Positions 1 to 10,941 of a stretch of 64,000 bases of DNA are shown here, piece by piece. Each line of letters opens with the position of its first letter. Position 1 is the stretch's first letter. The stretch comes from Paraphysomonas bandaiensis (Eukaryota > Protista > Chrysophyceae): assembly GCA_965644295.1 (NCBI GenBank), contig CBFFRP010000149.1:1-64000 (forward strand), given 5' to 3'. The translations under genes were made by a program, and so were the position numbers. The notes beneath the pieces are model-generated. The model was not told where the DNA came from and ran no database searches. It worked only from the letters and a program-made list of their open reading frames with translations.

Positions 1-284
1 GTGTCCCAGATGACATCACATCACATCACATCACATGCTACTATTGATATGGTGTTGATGTGATAGAAACTAACTGCACATGGAGATGAAGTGCATGCAT
101 TTCAAAATATGTTCCTCGCACCGGACACATCTAGACATGCATGTGCGCCCAGATCGAGCACGGCGCAGCATAACATATAGAAAAACACGTACAAAAAAAA
201 TTTGAATTTGACCAAAAACGCCCCACAAGAGCGTCGAACACGCGTCATGAGTGTGTGGTGAGGACGCGGTGTGCATACACTACG

Positions 285-1131
285 CCGCAACCACACTGCA
301 CGAGCAGTGACTACAACACGCACATCTTGACCATAATACATATGCATAACTTAACACACACACACACACATACATACATATAGAGGGATGGATCTTCTGA
401 GTCAGTATCTTCTGGTGCTTAGATGGTGACATTGTTGATGACAGTGAGGAGTGCTCAGGAGGTGTGGTTTATCGGATGAGGTGTTCATTGTTGTGTGGAT
501 CACACCTCCTGAGCACACAGACAGACACACACATACATACACACACCTCCGAATGCTGCAGAGGTCACACCACTCTCAGATGACACTTCTTACTATGTGG
601 TTCAGAGTTGCAGGCTTATAACTGCCTTCCAGGAAGGTCTTCATGACAGTGTTTGGTCACGAGGCTGTAGCACAGAGCCTCATACAGTGGATTGAGGAGT
701 GTGGACTCGTGTAGAGAGGTCCAACAAGTACAAGCAGACGAAACATTATAACATCGTTTGATTGTGCACGTTAGAACACTTCCTATTCCCCCTGCTTTGA
801 GCCCACCTGAACATTGAACCCATCATACTACACCGCAACCACACTGCACGAGCAGTGCTTACAACACGCACATCATGACAATAATATATATATATGCATA
901 ACTTAACACACCATACACATGCATACATATAGAGTGATGCATGTATCTTCTGAGTTAGTATCTTCTGATGTTAATATGGTGACATTGTTGATGACAGTGA
1001 GGAGTGCTCAGGAGGTGTGGTTTATCGGATGAGGTGTTCATTGTTGTGTGGATCACACCTCCTGAGCACACAGACAGACAGACAGACACGTACACATACA
1101 TCAGATTGCTGCAGAGCTGATACCACTCTCA
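285..1131. repeat. Diverged ~295-bp direct repeat (285-580 and 833-1131) with (CA)n tracts and an internal perfect 16-bp inverted repeat
   Basis: The two blocks align by eye. gtgctcaggaggtgtg / cacacctcctgagcac occurs at 451-466/501-516 and again at 1004-1019/1054-1069. Confidence 0.8.
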
Positions 1132-1135
1132 GACA

Positions 1136-1753
1136 TGGCGACATATCCAACGACGACCCGGAGGCGGAGGAAGAGATACCACGAAAGTGCACGAGCAGGG
1201 TAAGCAATACTGCTCATAAAGATGGTGACGGGGTCGTATGTCGTATATATGCGGTATTGTTCTGATTATTGTTGTGCGTTGTTACTATACACTGCACTAA
1301 CTGTGTACATATTATGGTGTAGGAGAAGTGCAACGGGAAGAAGAATGTTGTCAACATTCGTGGCGACATATCCAACGACGACCCGGAGGCGGAGGAAGAG
1401 ATACCACGAAAGTGCACGAGCAGGGTAAGTAATACTGTTCATAAAGATGGTGACGGGGTCGTATGTCGTATATATGCGGTATTGTTCTGATTATTGTTGT
1501 GCGTTGTTACTATACACTGCACTAACTGTGTACATATTATGGTGTAGGAGAAGTGCAACGGGAAGAAGAATGTTGTCAACATTCGTGGCGACATATCCAA
1601 CGACGACCCGGAGGCGGAGGAAGAGATACCACGAAAGCGCACGAGCAGGGTAAGTAATACTGTTCATAAAGATGGTGACGGGGTCGTATGTCGTATATAT
1701 GCGGTATTGTTCTGATTATTGTTGTGCGTTGTTACTATACACTGTACTAACTG
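1136..1753 (+). repeat. 225-bp tandem repeat (~2.7 copies); each unit resembles a 102-nt exon plus a 123-nt intron
   Basis: Period is 225 (ORFs at 1222, 1447, 1672). Each unit has a GTAAG(T) donor, an ACTAAC branch-like motif and a TAG acceptor. Confidence 0.85.
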
Positions 1754-2156
1754 CTTATGATCCTTCACCTGCTTATGATCCTCCACCTACTAGCAATGTG
1801 CCCCCAGCGGCTGTTGCCGCGTCGTTTCCGAGCATAGGTACTAATACTACTGTAAGTAGTAGTGGTAAAGATGGCTATATGCGTATGCAATGTATCCGAA
1901 ATCAGGCTATTCGGTTGGAGCGTTTGCAGTCTCAAGCGAAGCAGGTGTAGCTATATGAGAATATGATATTACAAAACACAAGTAATAATAGCAGGGCCAA
2001 CTTTTAACGCAATAAATACTGCTAATAACAACTATACTTGCGACTTTTTCTTTATCTTTAACCTCTCAGATACAAATTACAGTAAAATAATAACTCAATA
2101 CTTATATATGAAACCTGGTGAAATTGCTTTACCAGGTTTTGGTATTACCTCGACTT

Positions 2157-3236
2157 TTGGGTGGTTGCGTATCCGTCACTTCTGTCTCGTGGTGTAAAGA
2201 ACTAATATACAGCTGTGAATTTAGAGGGGGCGTTTATTTTTGCATCTTTGAGAAAAGTTAAAAGTTGTATTTTAAGGTATTTGAATTATGACCGTTAGTT
2301 GAAGAATACAGTAGTTGGAAACTGTAGTACATGATATAAATGTAAGATATGAATTATGTTAGAGATACTGAAATACTTTGACTGTATAAGATCGTGTCTA
2401 CCTAACACAAGTATTTAGCTATGAGTGGGCAGAACAATATCTGCTATCTGCTGTCTATATATAATATGCGGCTCACGTTAGTTCCCGGCGGAGAAATGTC
2501 TACGGTACTTGCCCGCAAGAACACCACGAAAAGGTGCGAGTCCGACTGTTGAATCGACCCAGGCGGCCCATTCAATTGAATCACATTATCATGTTAGTAC
2601 TGGTGACCAAACTGCTGATATTTTTACCAAGACAAATCGTTGTGTGGTGTCATCATCATTATAAGATGCTTCAATAGAAAGAAGTGTTTAGGTGAAGATC
2701 AGGGAAGTTCTCAGGAAGAAGTTATCAGAGACAATAAGATGATGTCATAATGAGGAAGAAATTTATAAGAGTGTTGACCGTCGTGAGGCTAGCTGAAATG
2801 TCGGAGTCATACGTTCAACAATTTGTCCTATTTTGTATTGGGTGGTTGCGTATCCGTCACTTCTGTCTCGTGGTGTAAAGAACTAATATACAGCTGTGAA
2901 TTTAGAGGGGGCGTTTATTTTTGCATCTTTGAGAAAAGTTAAAAGTTGTATTTTAAGGTATTTGAATTATGACCGTTAGTTGAAGAATACAGTAGTTGGA
3001 AACTGTAGTACATGATATAAATGTAAGATATGAATTATGTTAGAGATACTGAAATACTTTGACTGTATAAGATCGTGTCTACCTAACACAAGTATTTAGC
3101 TATGAGTGGGCAGAACAATATCTGCTATCTGCTGTCTATATATAATATGCGGCTCACGTTAGTTTCCCGGCGGAGAAATATCTACGGTACTTATCTCCCA
3201 GAACACCACGGAAAGGTGCGAGTCTGACTTTGTTGA
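2157..3236 (+). mobile_element. Ty1/Copia 3' relic (RNase H end, polypurine tract, LTR start), partly duplicated with 681-bp offset; each copy carries a reverse-oriented retroposon head
   Basis: HVSTGDQTADIFTK at ~2590-2631 is the Copia RNase H C-terminal motif. PPT-like agaggggg follows. 2157-2552 is nearly identical to 2838-3236. Confidence 0.7.
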
Positions 3237-3839
3237 GAGCGTAATAATATTGAATAGTAGTAGAGAGAATACACATTTAGCAAAATATAATAAAAAATGT
3301 TGATTATAATTTTACTAATTGTTGAGTGAGTTCAACGTTCAGTTTATTAGAATATGGATTATATTCTAGTATATTCAGTGTCACTTGAAGACAATGTACG
3401 AGAATACAGTGAAATATGGTGATGCACAAATGCTGTGATGATATTGAGAAACTGAAATAGTTTGATTTTTCAAGATATGTTTAGTAACGAGAGGTTCACA
3501 TAATATCTAGGAGATTATGCGTGGAGTAAAGTGAGATTATGTTGTTTGTCACATTTCGTGTAAACGATATTAATTAATCTATCTAGTCTAACGACAAATT
3601 CTCTCTGAATCTAGTTAAGAATGAGCAATTTCAAACACAGTAATATAAGGTTTCATCGTTCAAAAAAAAATGTTAGTTATGGTAAATTAGATAGTTTTGT
3701 TGGGTTACTGCTTTAACTGTAGGTTTCTTTCAAGCATATTCAATATTACTTATTAAATATTAAGAGCTCTATAGCAGTTAATGCAATATTCGATGACATC
3801 GTTCACACAATCACGAGAAATAGTTCTGCTAGTACTATA

Positions 3840-6058
3840 CTATAGTTCATCTTTCAATTGCGATGGAAATAATGAATAGGCATTGTTATTTCCAATCATA
3901 CTCCAACTTCCAAAGTTTGAAGCACTAGCATTAACCCCCGTTTTATTTGATGTGTCTACTCTGCCACTTCTCCTCATCTGCCGTACATTCTCTCTGGCTG
4001 CTCGCTTTTTATTGACTGGCTGGTAACCATGGTAGCCACTTCTTTTATTTCTTCTGTGTACTTCTGCGTTCGAAACTGTGTCATTTGGTAATGAGTCCTC
4101 CAATAACACAACTGTTAAGTACTTGAGTATCTCGTTATATCCTATGTGCAAAAATTAATCGAAATATACTGTGGGTGTGCTCTTTACCGGCGTATACTTT
4201 AAAGTAATCTTTGTGTACCCGTCTTCTCAACCGTTTGTCTAAAAACAATAAACAGCATATAACATAAATTACAATTATCTTATCACCTGGAATAGCTCTA
4301 ATCTCCTCACAGAGAGCGTACACATGTGCCCATCTGTCTCTGATGCTATCATCTCTCTCAACTTCCACAGACATCAAATTTCCATCAAACGCCCCCACAG
4401 CACGTACAACTGGAACTTTATTTACCGCAGGACAGCAGGAGATAATCGGCGCTATTAATGTAAGTGAAATATATTCTTCGCAAATGGTGTGTAGCGGTGA
4501 TGTGCTACTGTGGAGCAGAGACAAAAGTGTTCCATCGTCACACCCATTCACTACAACTATACCGATTACATCTGTCACAGTATCACACTTGTGGCATACT
4601 TCAATTTTAACATCTTCATTACTTGCATTCAATATCAATACACCGCGATCATCTGTCAAAGGTTGGCTTTCACTTGACGCTCTAACACATTGTAACCTTT
4701 CCTTAGTTGGAAGTGTAACGTCGTGTGAAACTGAAAAGTATTCACATGAACGCAAACCGGCGGGAGTTCGGAATGACATTCGCCCAGTCGAAGGTACCTT
4801 ATGAAAAAAAGTACTATCCACAAACTTAATATTTTCCTCAGTAACGTCAGCGTCGCTCTGAGTTTTCGTGTCTACCGGAGGCACACCTTCCAGACTATTC
4901 ACTTCCTCGATATGACTAATGGACACGGCCTCTACGACAGAACAACATCCGTCCACAGGAGACAATCGCAAACGTAAACTGCTGGAAAGAGACTGCTCCA
5001 TGGCATCTGCATGTAAATTGACAATAGCGATCATATGCATGCAAATATACAACTATATGTGAGCAGACCTCTAATCTTTTGGCCAGTTGAACGCGAGACC
5101 ATTACGACAGGAATTGATAGGGGCACCGGAGACATGGGATCATCCACGGAAAAAGCAGAGTCCTCCGAATTGATAATCACTACACCTGCTGCCCCTGACT
5201 GCGCTGCGATAACAGCTACGAATTTCTTTGATATTATAGGTCACTATGCAAAGCATTTACCTTTCGATAAAAATGAGCAGACGCCCCGACGAATTAACAC
5301 GAAGGCGCCACTGTACAACCCTTTACCGGCACCCTGACCTACAACACCATTTCATTATCCAGAATAGGAACTGTTGTTCTGTTACCTTGTTGGGGGTTGG
5401 TGCAACCATCTTCTGGAATGGCAAAAGTAAACCGTTTATACTCTGAAGACAGCGGCCCGCTAAACTTGGCAGGGTACGCCTGCATGCCCGCTGTAGAATC
5501 CGCACCTATCCGAAGAAACAGCCATACAGGAGGCACGCCAGCCTGAGCCTTAGATTTGGGGGAGTAAATATCTGCATTGCCCTATCATACATACAGTGTG
5601 TTATTAATACCACAGTGTTTCGTAACAACTACCTCTCTGTGAGAATCATCTTCCGTCTCTACACGTAGTATGTAGGGCACACTAGCCGACGATAACAAAC
5701 TGATAATCAATGACCGAGGAATGGAATACATATACTCCACACAAGTACCTGTGGAACATTCTGATACTGACGCCTTTGGTGCTCTGATTATCAATTGCCA
5801 CTATTCTGTCGCCCACTCGAAGTCGCCCACCTACATGCTGGGATGGAATGATCTTCATAATATAAAATTCATTATCTGTATACATAATGATATAAATATA
5901 ATCCGGAAAAATATCCATATGGTACCTAATTTCAGGCCTAAGGGGTCCTTAGTGTGTATAATAACATCAAAGGTATTAATAGCAGATCGATGTTGCAGTA
6001 CACAAAACAGAATACACACACGTATATATAAACATAAAAGACAATGATCCATTTGCAT
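3840..6058 (-). CDS. Multi-exon ER-lumen protein: signal peptide, PDZ-like domain, protease-associated (PA) domain, C-terminal KDEL
   Basis: Hydrophobic N-terminus. PDZ-like motifs FDVIIHTKDPLGLKL and LRVGDRIVAIDNQS, split by a 50-nt intron at 5876-5925. PA motif VLIRRGVCSFLSK/AVIAAQSGAAGVVIINS...IPVVMVSRSTGQKI at ~5070-5310. Last ORF ends QLKDEL*. Some junctions not fully resolved. Confidence 0.7.
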
Positions 6059-6532
6059 ATGGAAGATGGATGAAATGAATTGATGCGTTTATTTCAGTGT
6101 GAAGTCGGGCCAAACCAGAGGTACCAACATATCAGTTAGACGCTATAGAATTAGAATTACAGCAACATGCGATATTTAATGGTATTTCTATTACCGTTTT
6201 CTTAGGTAGCATCCGTGGGAGCTGTAATATACCATTGGCTACTAGAATATGTTTAACTGTGACGCCAAACCATTATTTACATGTTAAAGTGCATTGGCAG
6301 TTCCTACGAGATGTGGGAAGCTCCTGTAGAGAAGAAAAAGGGTAAAAATCAGGAAAAAAATCGTGAAAAAGTGTCTTTTATGTTTAATTCCCTAACTCTT
6401 TCATTTTAGCAATCGAAATATTGTGATTTTAACACAAAATATCCCACTTTTACGAATATTTGCATCACGGATTAACACTACGAACCGTTTGGCCACTAGG
6501 AATCGTATCGCCATTCAAACGATATCACACCA

Positions 6533-8455
6533 ATGTCCATACACTGCAAGAACAAAGAACTTAGAATATACAAAGAACTATGGATATTATTAGAGAGCAA
6601 AGTGAGTTCAGAGATGAGATTGCACTGCAAACCAAGCAGATGCGGTTAACGGACAGTTACCCGCAGGCAGTATGCAGATAGGATCAAGGCATTTTCGCAT
6701 TGGCTTGATGAGAATTACCCTGCTTGCGTGGAAAGAGACAACGATAATAAGTTAGCACCAATACTTCCAATACCTGACGATGTAATTGAAAAGTACATGA
6801 CTCATGTGCTTCTTAAAATCGACAGTCGAACTGGTCTGTACTATGACCCTCCACAGTATTACTCGTTTGCACACGTTAATGGACATCGAAGTGTTCTTTA
6901 AAATATGTACACGGAGAAGAGAATGAACCCTTCACCGGAAATAGAGAGTATGTTTAAAGAAAGTCTCGAGGGATTCAAGAGGAAGGTTGTTGACCTAAAG
7001 CAGCGTGGCTTGTTACCTTCACGAGAAGGCAAGGCTGCAATGACCATGAAAGGGTACATATTTCTTGCAGAAAAAGCTGCTAAACAAGATCATGACTTTG
7101 GACTTTATACATTTTGTTTGTCCTATTTATTGCTATGCTGGAATTTGATAGCAAGATCTGTAACCCAAGAAGTTCTAAAAACTTTTGCAGAAGCCATTTT
7201 ATCTCTAGGCATAATGATTGCCGAAATAGGGACGCACTCATTCAGGAAATGTGTGGCAACGGCCTTATCTAATTGCCCTGGTGGTCCCAATGCCATTAAT
7301 ATATGGTTGCGAGCTGGATGGAGTTTAAGACCCGTTCAGAGTCGATACATATTTGAAGGAGCAGGTGGAGATCAATTTTTGGCAGGGAAGCTACAGGTAT
7401 ATCAAGCAGTGATCCTGAATTTGCTATCCTTCCACCTCATTTCGATAACACTAATGGTCCGGTTCTATCAGTTGAAGAATGGGAAGATATTCTACCTGCC
7501 TTCTCATCATTCTATCCTGAGAATTTCAGAGTGGCTTTGCCCTATCTACTTGCTTCGCTGGCATACCATGACTGGCTATTAGATTAGAAACTCTTTCACC
7601 AAATCATGCTTTGTTTCTTTAAAGGGTTTGGACAAGTGGTATTCTACAACGTCTTCGAACGAAGGAATTAACTGGTGTGTTTCATATTGATATCTCAAGA
7701 ATAAATGCAACTGGTGTTCCACCCTATGTGAATCTAGCTAATCGTTTTTGGTCGTTGGAAAAAACTGTTGGGAGCTTGTCTAGTGATATGAAAGAAACGA
7801 ATACTACTTTACCGGATTCATTATGTCAGAAAATGCTAGATAATTTTACGGTTATTGGCGCGGTGCCTGTAACTAGTACCCACCTCGACAGTTTACGTGA
7901 TGCACTTTTAGGAGAAATTAGAACAAGATGTACATCACAGAATGCAGAGCGAAATTCCTACACAAGAAGAGCAATCCACATCACGAGAGATCGCTGCATT
8001 GTACTTTTGGGGAGGGCGCCATCGTTTATTTCCAGAGGGCTTTCGTTTTCCGAAAGGTCACGTCAAAATGATGTGGGATCTATGGTGGGGGGAGAGCCTC
8101 ATAGAAATATCTTGCCCTACAGAAGAATCAAAGGCTTCGATTTATCTAGAACTGACGGGTAAATTGGAGTAAATGCTCGTGTATTATGAACGCACTTGTC
8201 TCCAAAGCCATAGAGACGAATGAGATCGGAGCAGCAGAGGACATGAGTAAACTACTACCACGACAACGAGATGCGTTATTCAGCAAAGTTTTTATACCTT
8301 TTTGTATGAGTGTATTCGCGGCTGCTAATCCCGTTCTTCTCGATGATATGCGCATCGGAGAAATGTCATATACGACATTATACGATTACATGAAGGGCCG
8401 CCAGAGGAATAAGCGTAAACGGAATGCAATGGAGCAAACGGCAGAAGATAATTGA
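6533..8455 (+). mobile_element. Decayed Crypton (tyrosine-recombinase DNA transposon, CryptonS-like)
   Basis: GTHSFRK..T....PGGP....IWLRAGWSL..VQSRYIFEGAGGDQF is the YR catalytic region. C-terminal FWGGRHRLFPEGFRFP...WDLWW is also typical. Frameshifts, stops and an apparent deletion after WNLIARSV. Confidence 0.85.
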
Positions 8456-8918
8456 CTAGCGCATGTCTATGTTAGTGTCGTATGTACGTGAGGGGGGTCT
8501 GTGAGACTCTTAACAGTCCCCTTCACGTATATATATGAACAGGCATCGCATTAGTGGAGGGGTTGATGAGAATATGACGGTCAAGTAGATAGATATCGAC
8601 TTCTGGTGTATATATATCTTGTTTCATGGCACTATTGACAGTTTAAAGTAACATATAGAGATGAACGTTAGTTGACATACACACAGTGCGACAGCAATAA
8701 ACAACAGACAGTATACACATAAATACACATACTACCGTTGTGTTCGACCAGCAGCAGTGTTCGTAGAAGCGGACCTTCTTTCACGCTCCGCCCAACAAAA
8801 TGTATGATGCCCTCTGACAAATAAATCGTCAGCTCAGCGGTCAATCATGTGATCACACGCTGTCGAACGGTAATATTTGCCCTGATTTTATGAGATCGAT
8901 GCTGTTTCGATAGTCATA

Positions 8919-10295
8919 ATGGGCAACTGTAGTGGCACTAGTCGAAATGAGACCAGACTTGACATGCCAAGCCAAACCTTGACCACTCCATGTTTGCATC
9001 ATGGTTACATTCTTTCTGTATCAAGGTTTATAATACATTATTTTATTTAGATTTACATGTGTAACAGTTTGCGTAATGGCGATGTGTGCTCGAGTAGTGA
9101 CGATGCGGTGCGTACACATTATATGTTATCTACTCTATGAAGTAGTACTCACGCTGTAGACAATTTCGATATATAACTGGAGAAATAATGATCATCGCGT
9201 ACTGCGTGGACATAAGAAAGCAGTTAGCAGAGTGGTGAACAGTCGTGAATCATGTTATGATCCTGTTCATCTGTTCGTTATGTAGATATCCACCAAGGAT
9301 AGTGTTAGTCAAAAAATATGGAGTGCATCGCGAGATTTGTCAATAAAACAGGTGTACTAATATATATGGCTATTATGCCAATAAAAGTTATACAGTGGGA
9401 CCACGACTCAGGCAAATGCGTGCAAACTATTAACGATGCTCATACTTTAAACATCGCTGGAATCGCACTTAACAGTGGTAATGTGTCCGCATGTCATCAA
9501 CTGTATATAAATCAGTATCAGATGGCGAGCGGCTGGGGTCTGGAAGTCGAGATTACTCTGTGAAAGTGTGGGATGTGAATACAGGAAAAGTGGCCGCAGA
9601 ATATAGCGCTCCTCGCAATATTGTGACGTGCCTTGTGTGGAGTGAGGGCAGTAATTGTCACCTGTTTCAGGTATGGTTTACGTCGACATGAAATTGTAAT
9701 TTCTCATTCCAGGTAGGGTGCGGAAGATCTGTGTGTTAGGGGTTGGGATACACGTCAGTCGTCCAAAGTTCCTGCAGAACACCTAACAGGGTTTCAATAC
9801 TTCCCTTCCTGTCTCGCACAGTCCAACTGTGGAAACCTCCTTGCCGCTGGGTGTAAAGGATTTAACGGCGTAGGATGTGACATTAAAGTATGGGATATTC
9901 GCTGTGTCAGAACAGGTAAATTTTTGAGAGAGTTTTCTGGGCACCAGCAAGATGTCACCGGATGCAAATTTATCTCAGTACGAGATATTCCTGGTATTGT
10001 GTCAGTGTCGCGTGATTGCTCAGTGAGAACGTGGCCTGTATTTCCAGATTCAAATCCCGTTCGCCAACTCTCCTTCCAATCACACGCTCTTCCTGATCAA
10101 TCGAGCTTAACTTGTGTAGATACAATGAGTGCTGACAATATTCTCAATGACGACAGCCGTTCTGCTGCAATGATTTGTGTCGGCGATATGGATGGCAGTG
10201 TATCTGTTATAAACTTTGAGTTGCACTCTGACGAACTCATATGTAGTTTGAGAGCTAAATCATTACCATCTGTTTCTGATCAGAATGAAGAATAA
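8919..10295 (+). CDS. WDR31: WD40-repeat protein, WDR31-like, multi-exon
   Basis: Spliced reading: MGNCSG...GHKKAVS...WSASRDLSIKQWD...SGSRDYSVKVWD...PRNIVTCLVW...EDLCVRGWDTR...KGFNGVGCDIKVWDIR...FSGHQQDVTGC. About six short GT-AG introns. Confidence 0.8.
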
Positions 10296-10508
10296 TTGGG
10301 TTGCATAGTTAAATAAATGAGGAGGAAATTGCTGTATTTATAGCTTAATTATATGAAAATTCAAGTGCTGGATGTTGTGGTAGCGTAACGATACTTATAA
10401 CTACCTCGACCGTGACGATTCTTCGTTGGGAAGAAAGGTAATATTAAAGATATCATATATGGGATACAAGTCAAGTATTAGGTTAGTCTTTTAGTTGAGT
10501 TGCACAGG

Positions 10509-10586
10509 CAGGCTTGCGTAAATGATTATTTCAATTATTATTAGTAGTAAATGTTGCCATTTAATTGGCTGAATTAATTTACTGGA
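10509..10586 (+). mobile_element. Left-end fragment of the hAT-type MITE family
   Basis: Starts caggcttgcgtaa, as do the elements at 10942, 54584 and 56261. Cut off by the LINE-tail copy. Confidence 0.55.
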
Positions 10587-10941
10587 TATTGAAAGTCTTA
10601 TTATTTAGCAATAGGCGTTAAAAATCTGCACCAATGTAGTGGCTAGTTGAATGCTAGACAGACTATTTAGACCTCTATTATCCTACTGTTTAACTCTACA
10701 GAAGCTGCTTGTGCGTCGCCGCAAGCACCAAGGTGCGACCACTTCCGTTCTTAAAGTTGATTGTGAGCTTCGCCATGATCGTGTGTCCCAGGACTCACTG
10801 GCGCGTGTGATCAGGGGGATCTCCCCTTGGGATGAGACTCCACAGGGCATTGTGGTGGTACCGGGTTCTGTAGAGGTCCTTACGTATACCGAGTGCTAGA
10901 TGTGTGTGCTGAGAGGTGGGGAGTTGGAATGTGAATGTGGC

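Noticed and set aside
12-36. Telomeric repeat (catca)n at the window start
   Set aside because: Only about four units, internal, and not a typical telomere motif.
435-513. C/D box snoRNA (tgatga ... ctga)
   Set aside because: There is no terminal stem around the boxes and no recognisable guide; such short motifs are expected by chance.
1136-1753. CRISPR-like array
   Set aside because: The units are contiguous and identical with no unique spacers, the context is eukaryotic, and there are no cas genes.
2157-3236. Intact small LTR element (TRIM) bounded by the two direct repeats
   Set aside because: The repeats begin upstream of the PPT, lack TG...CA ends and a TSD, and include a retroposon head.
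4343-4804. 153-aa plus-strand ORF
   Set aside because: It is antisense to the PDZ/PA gene exon and has no motifs.
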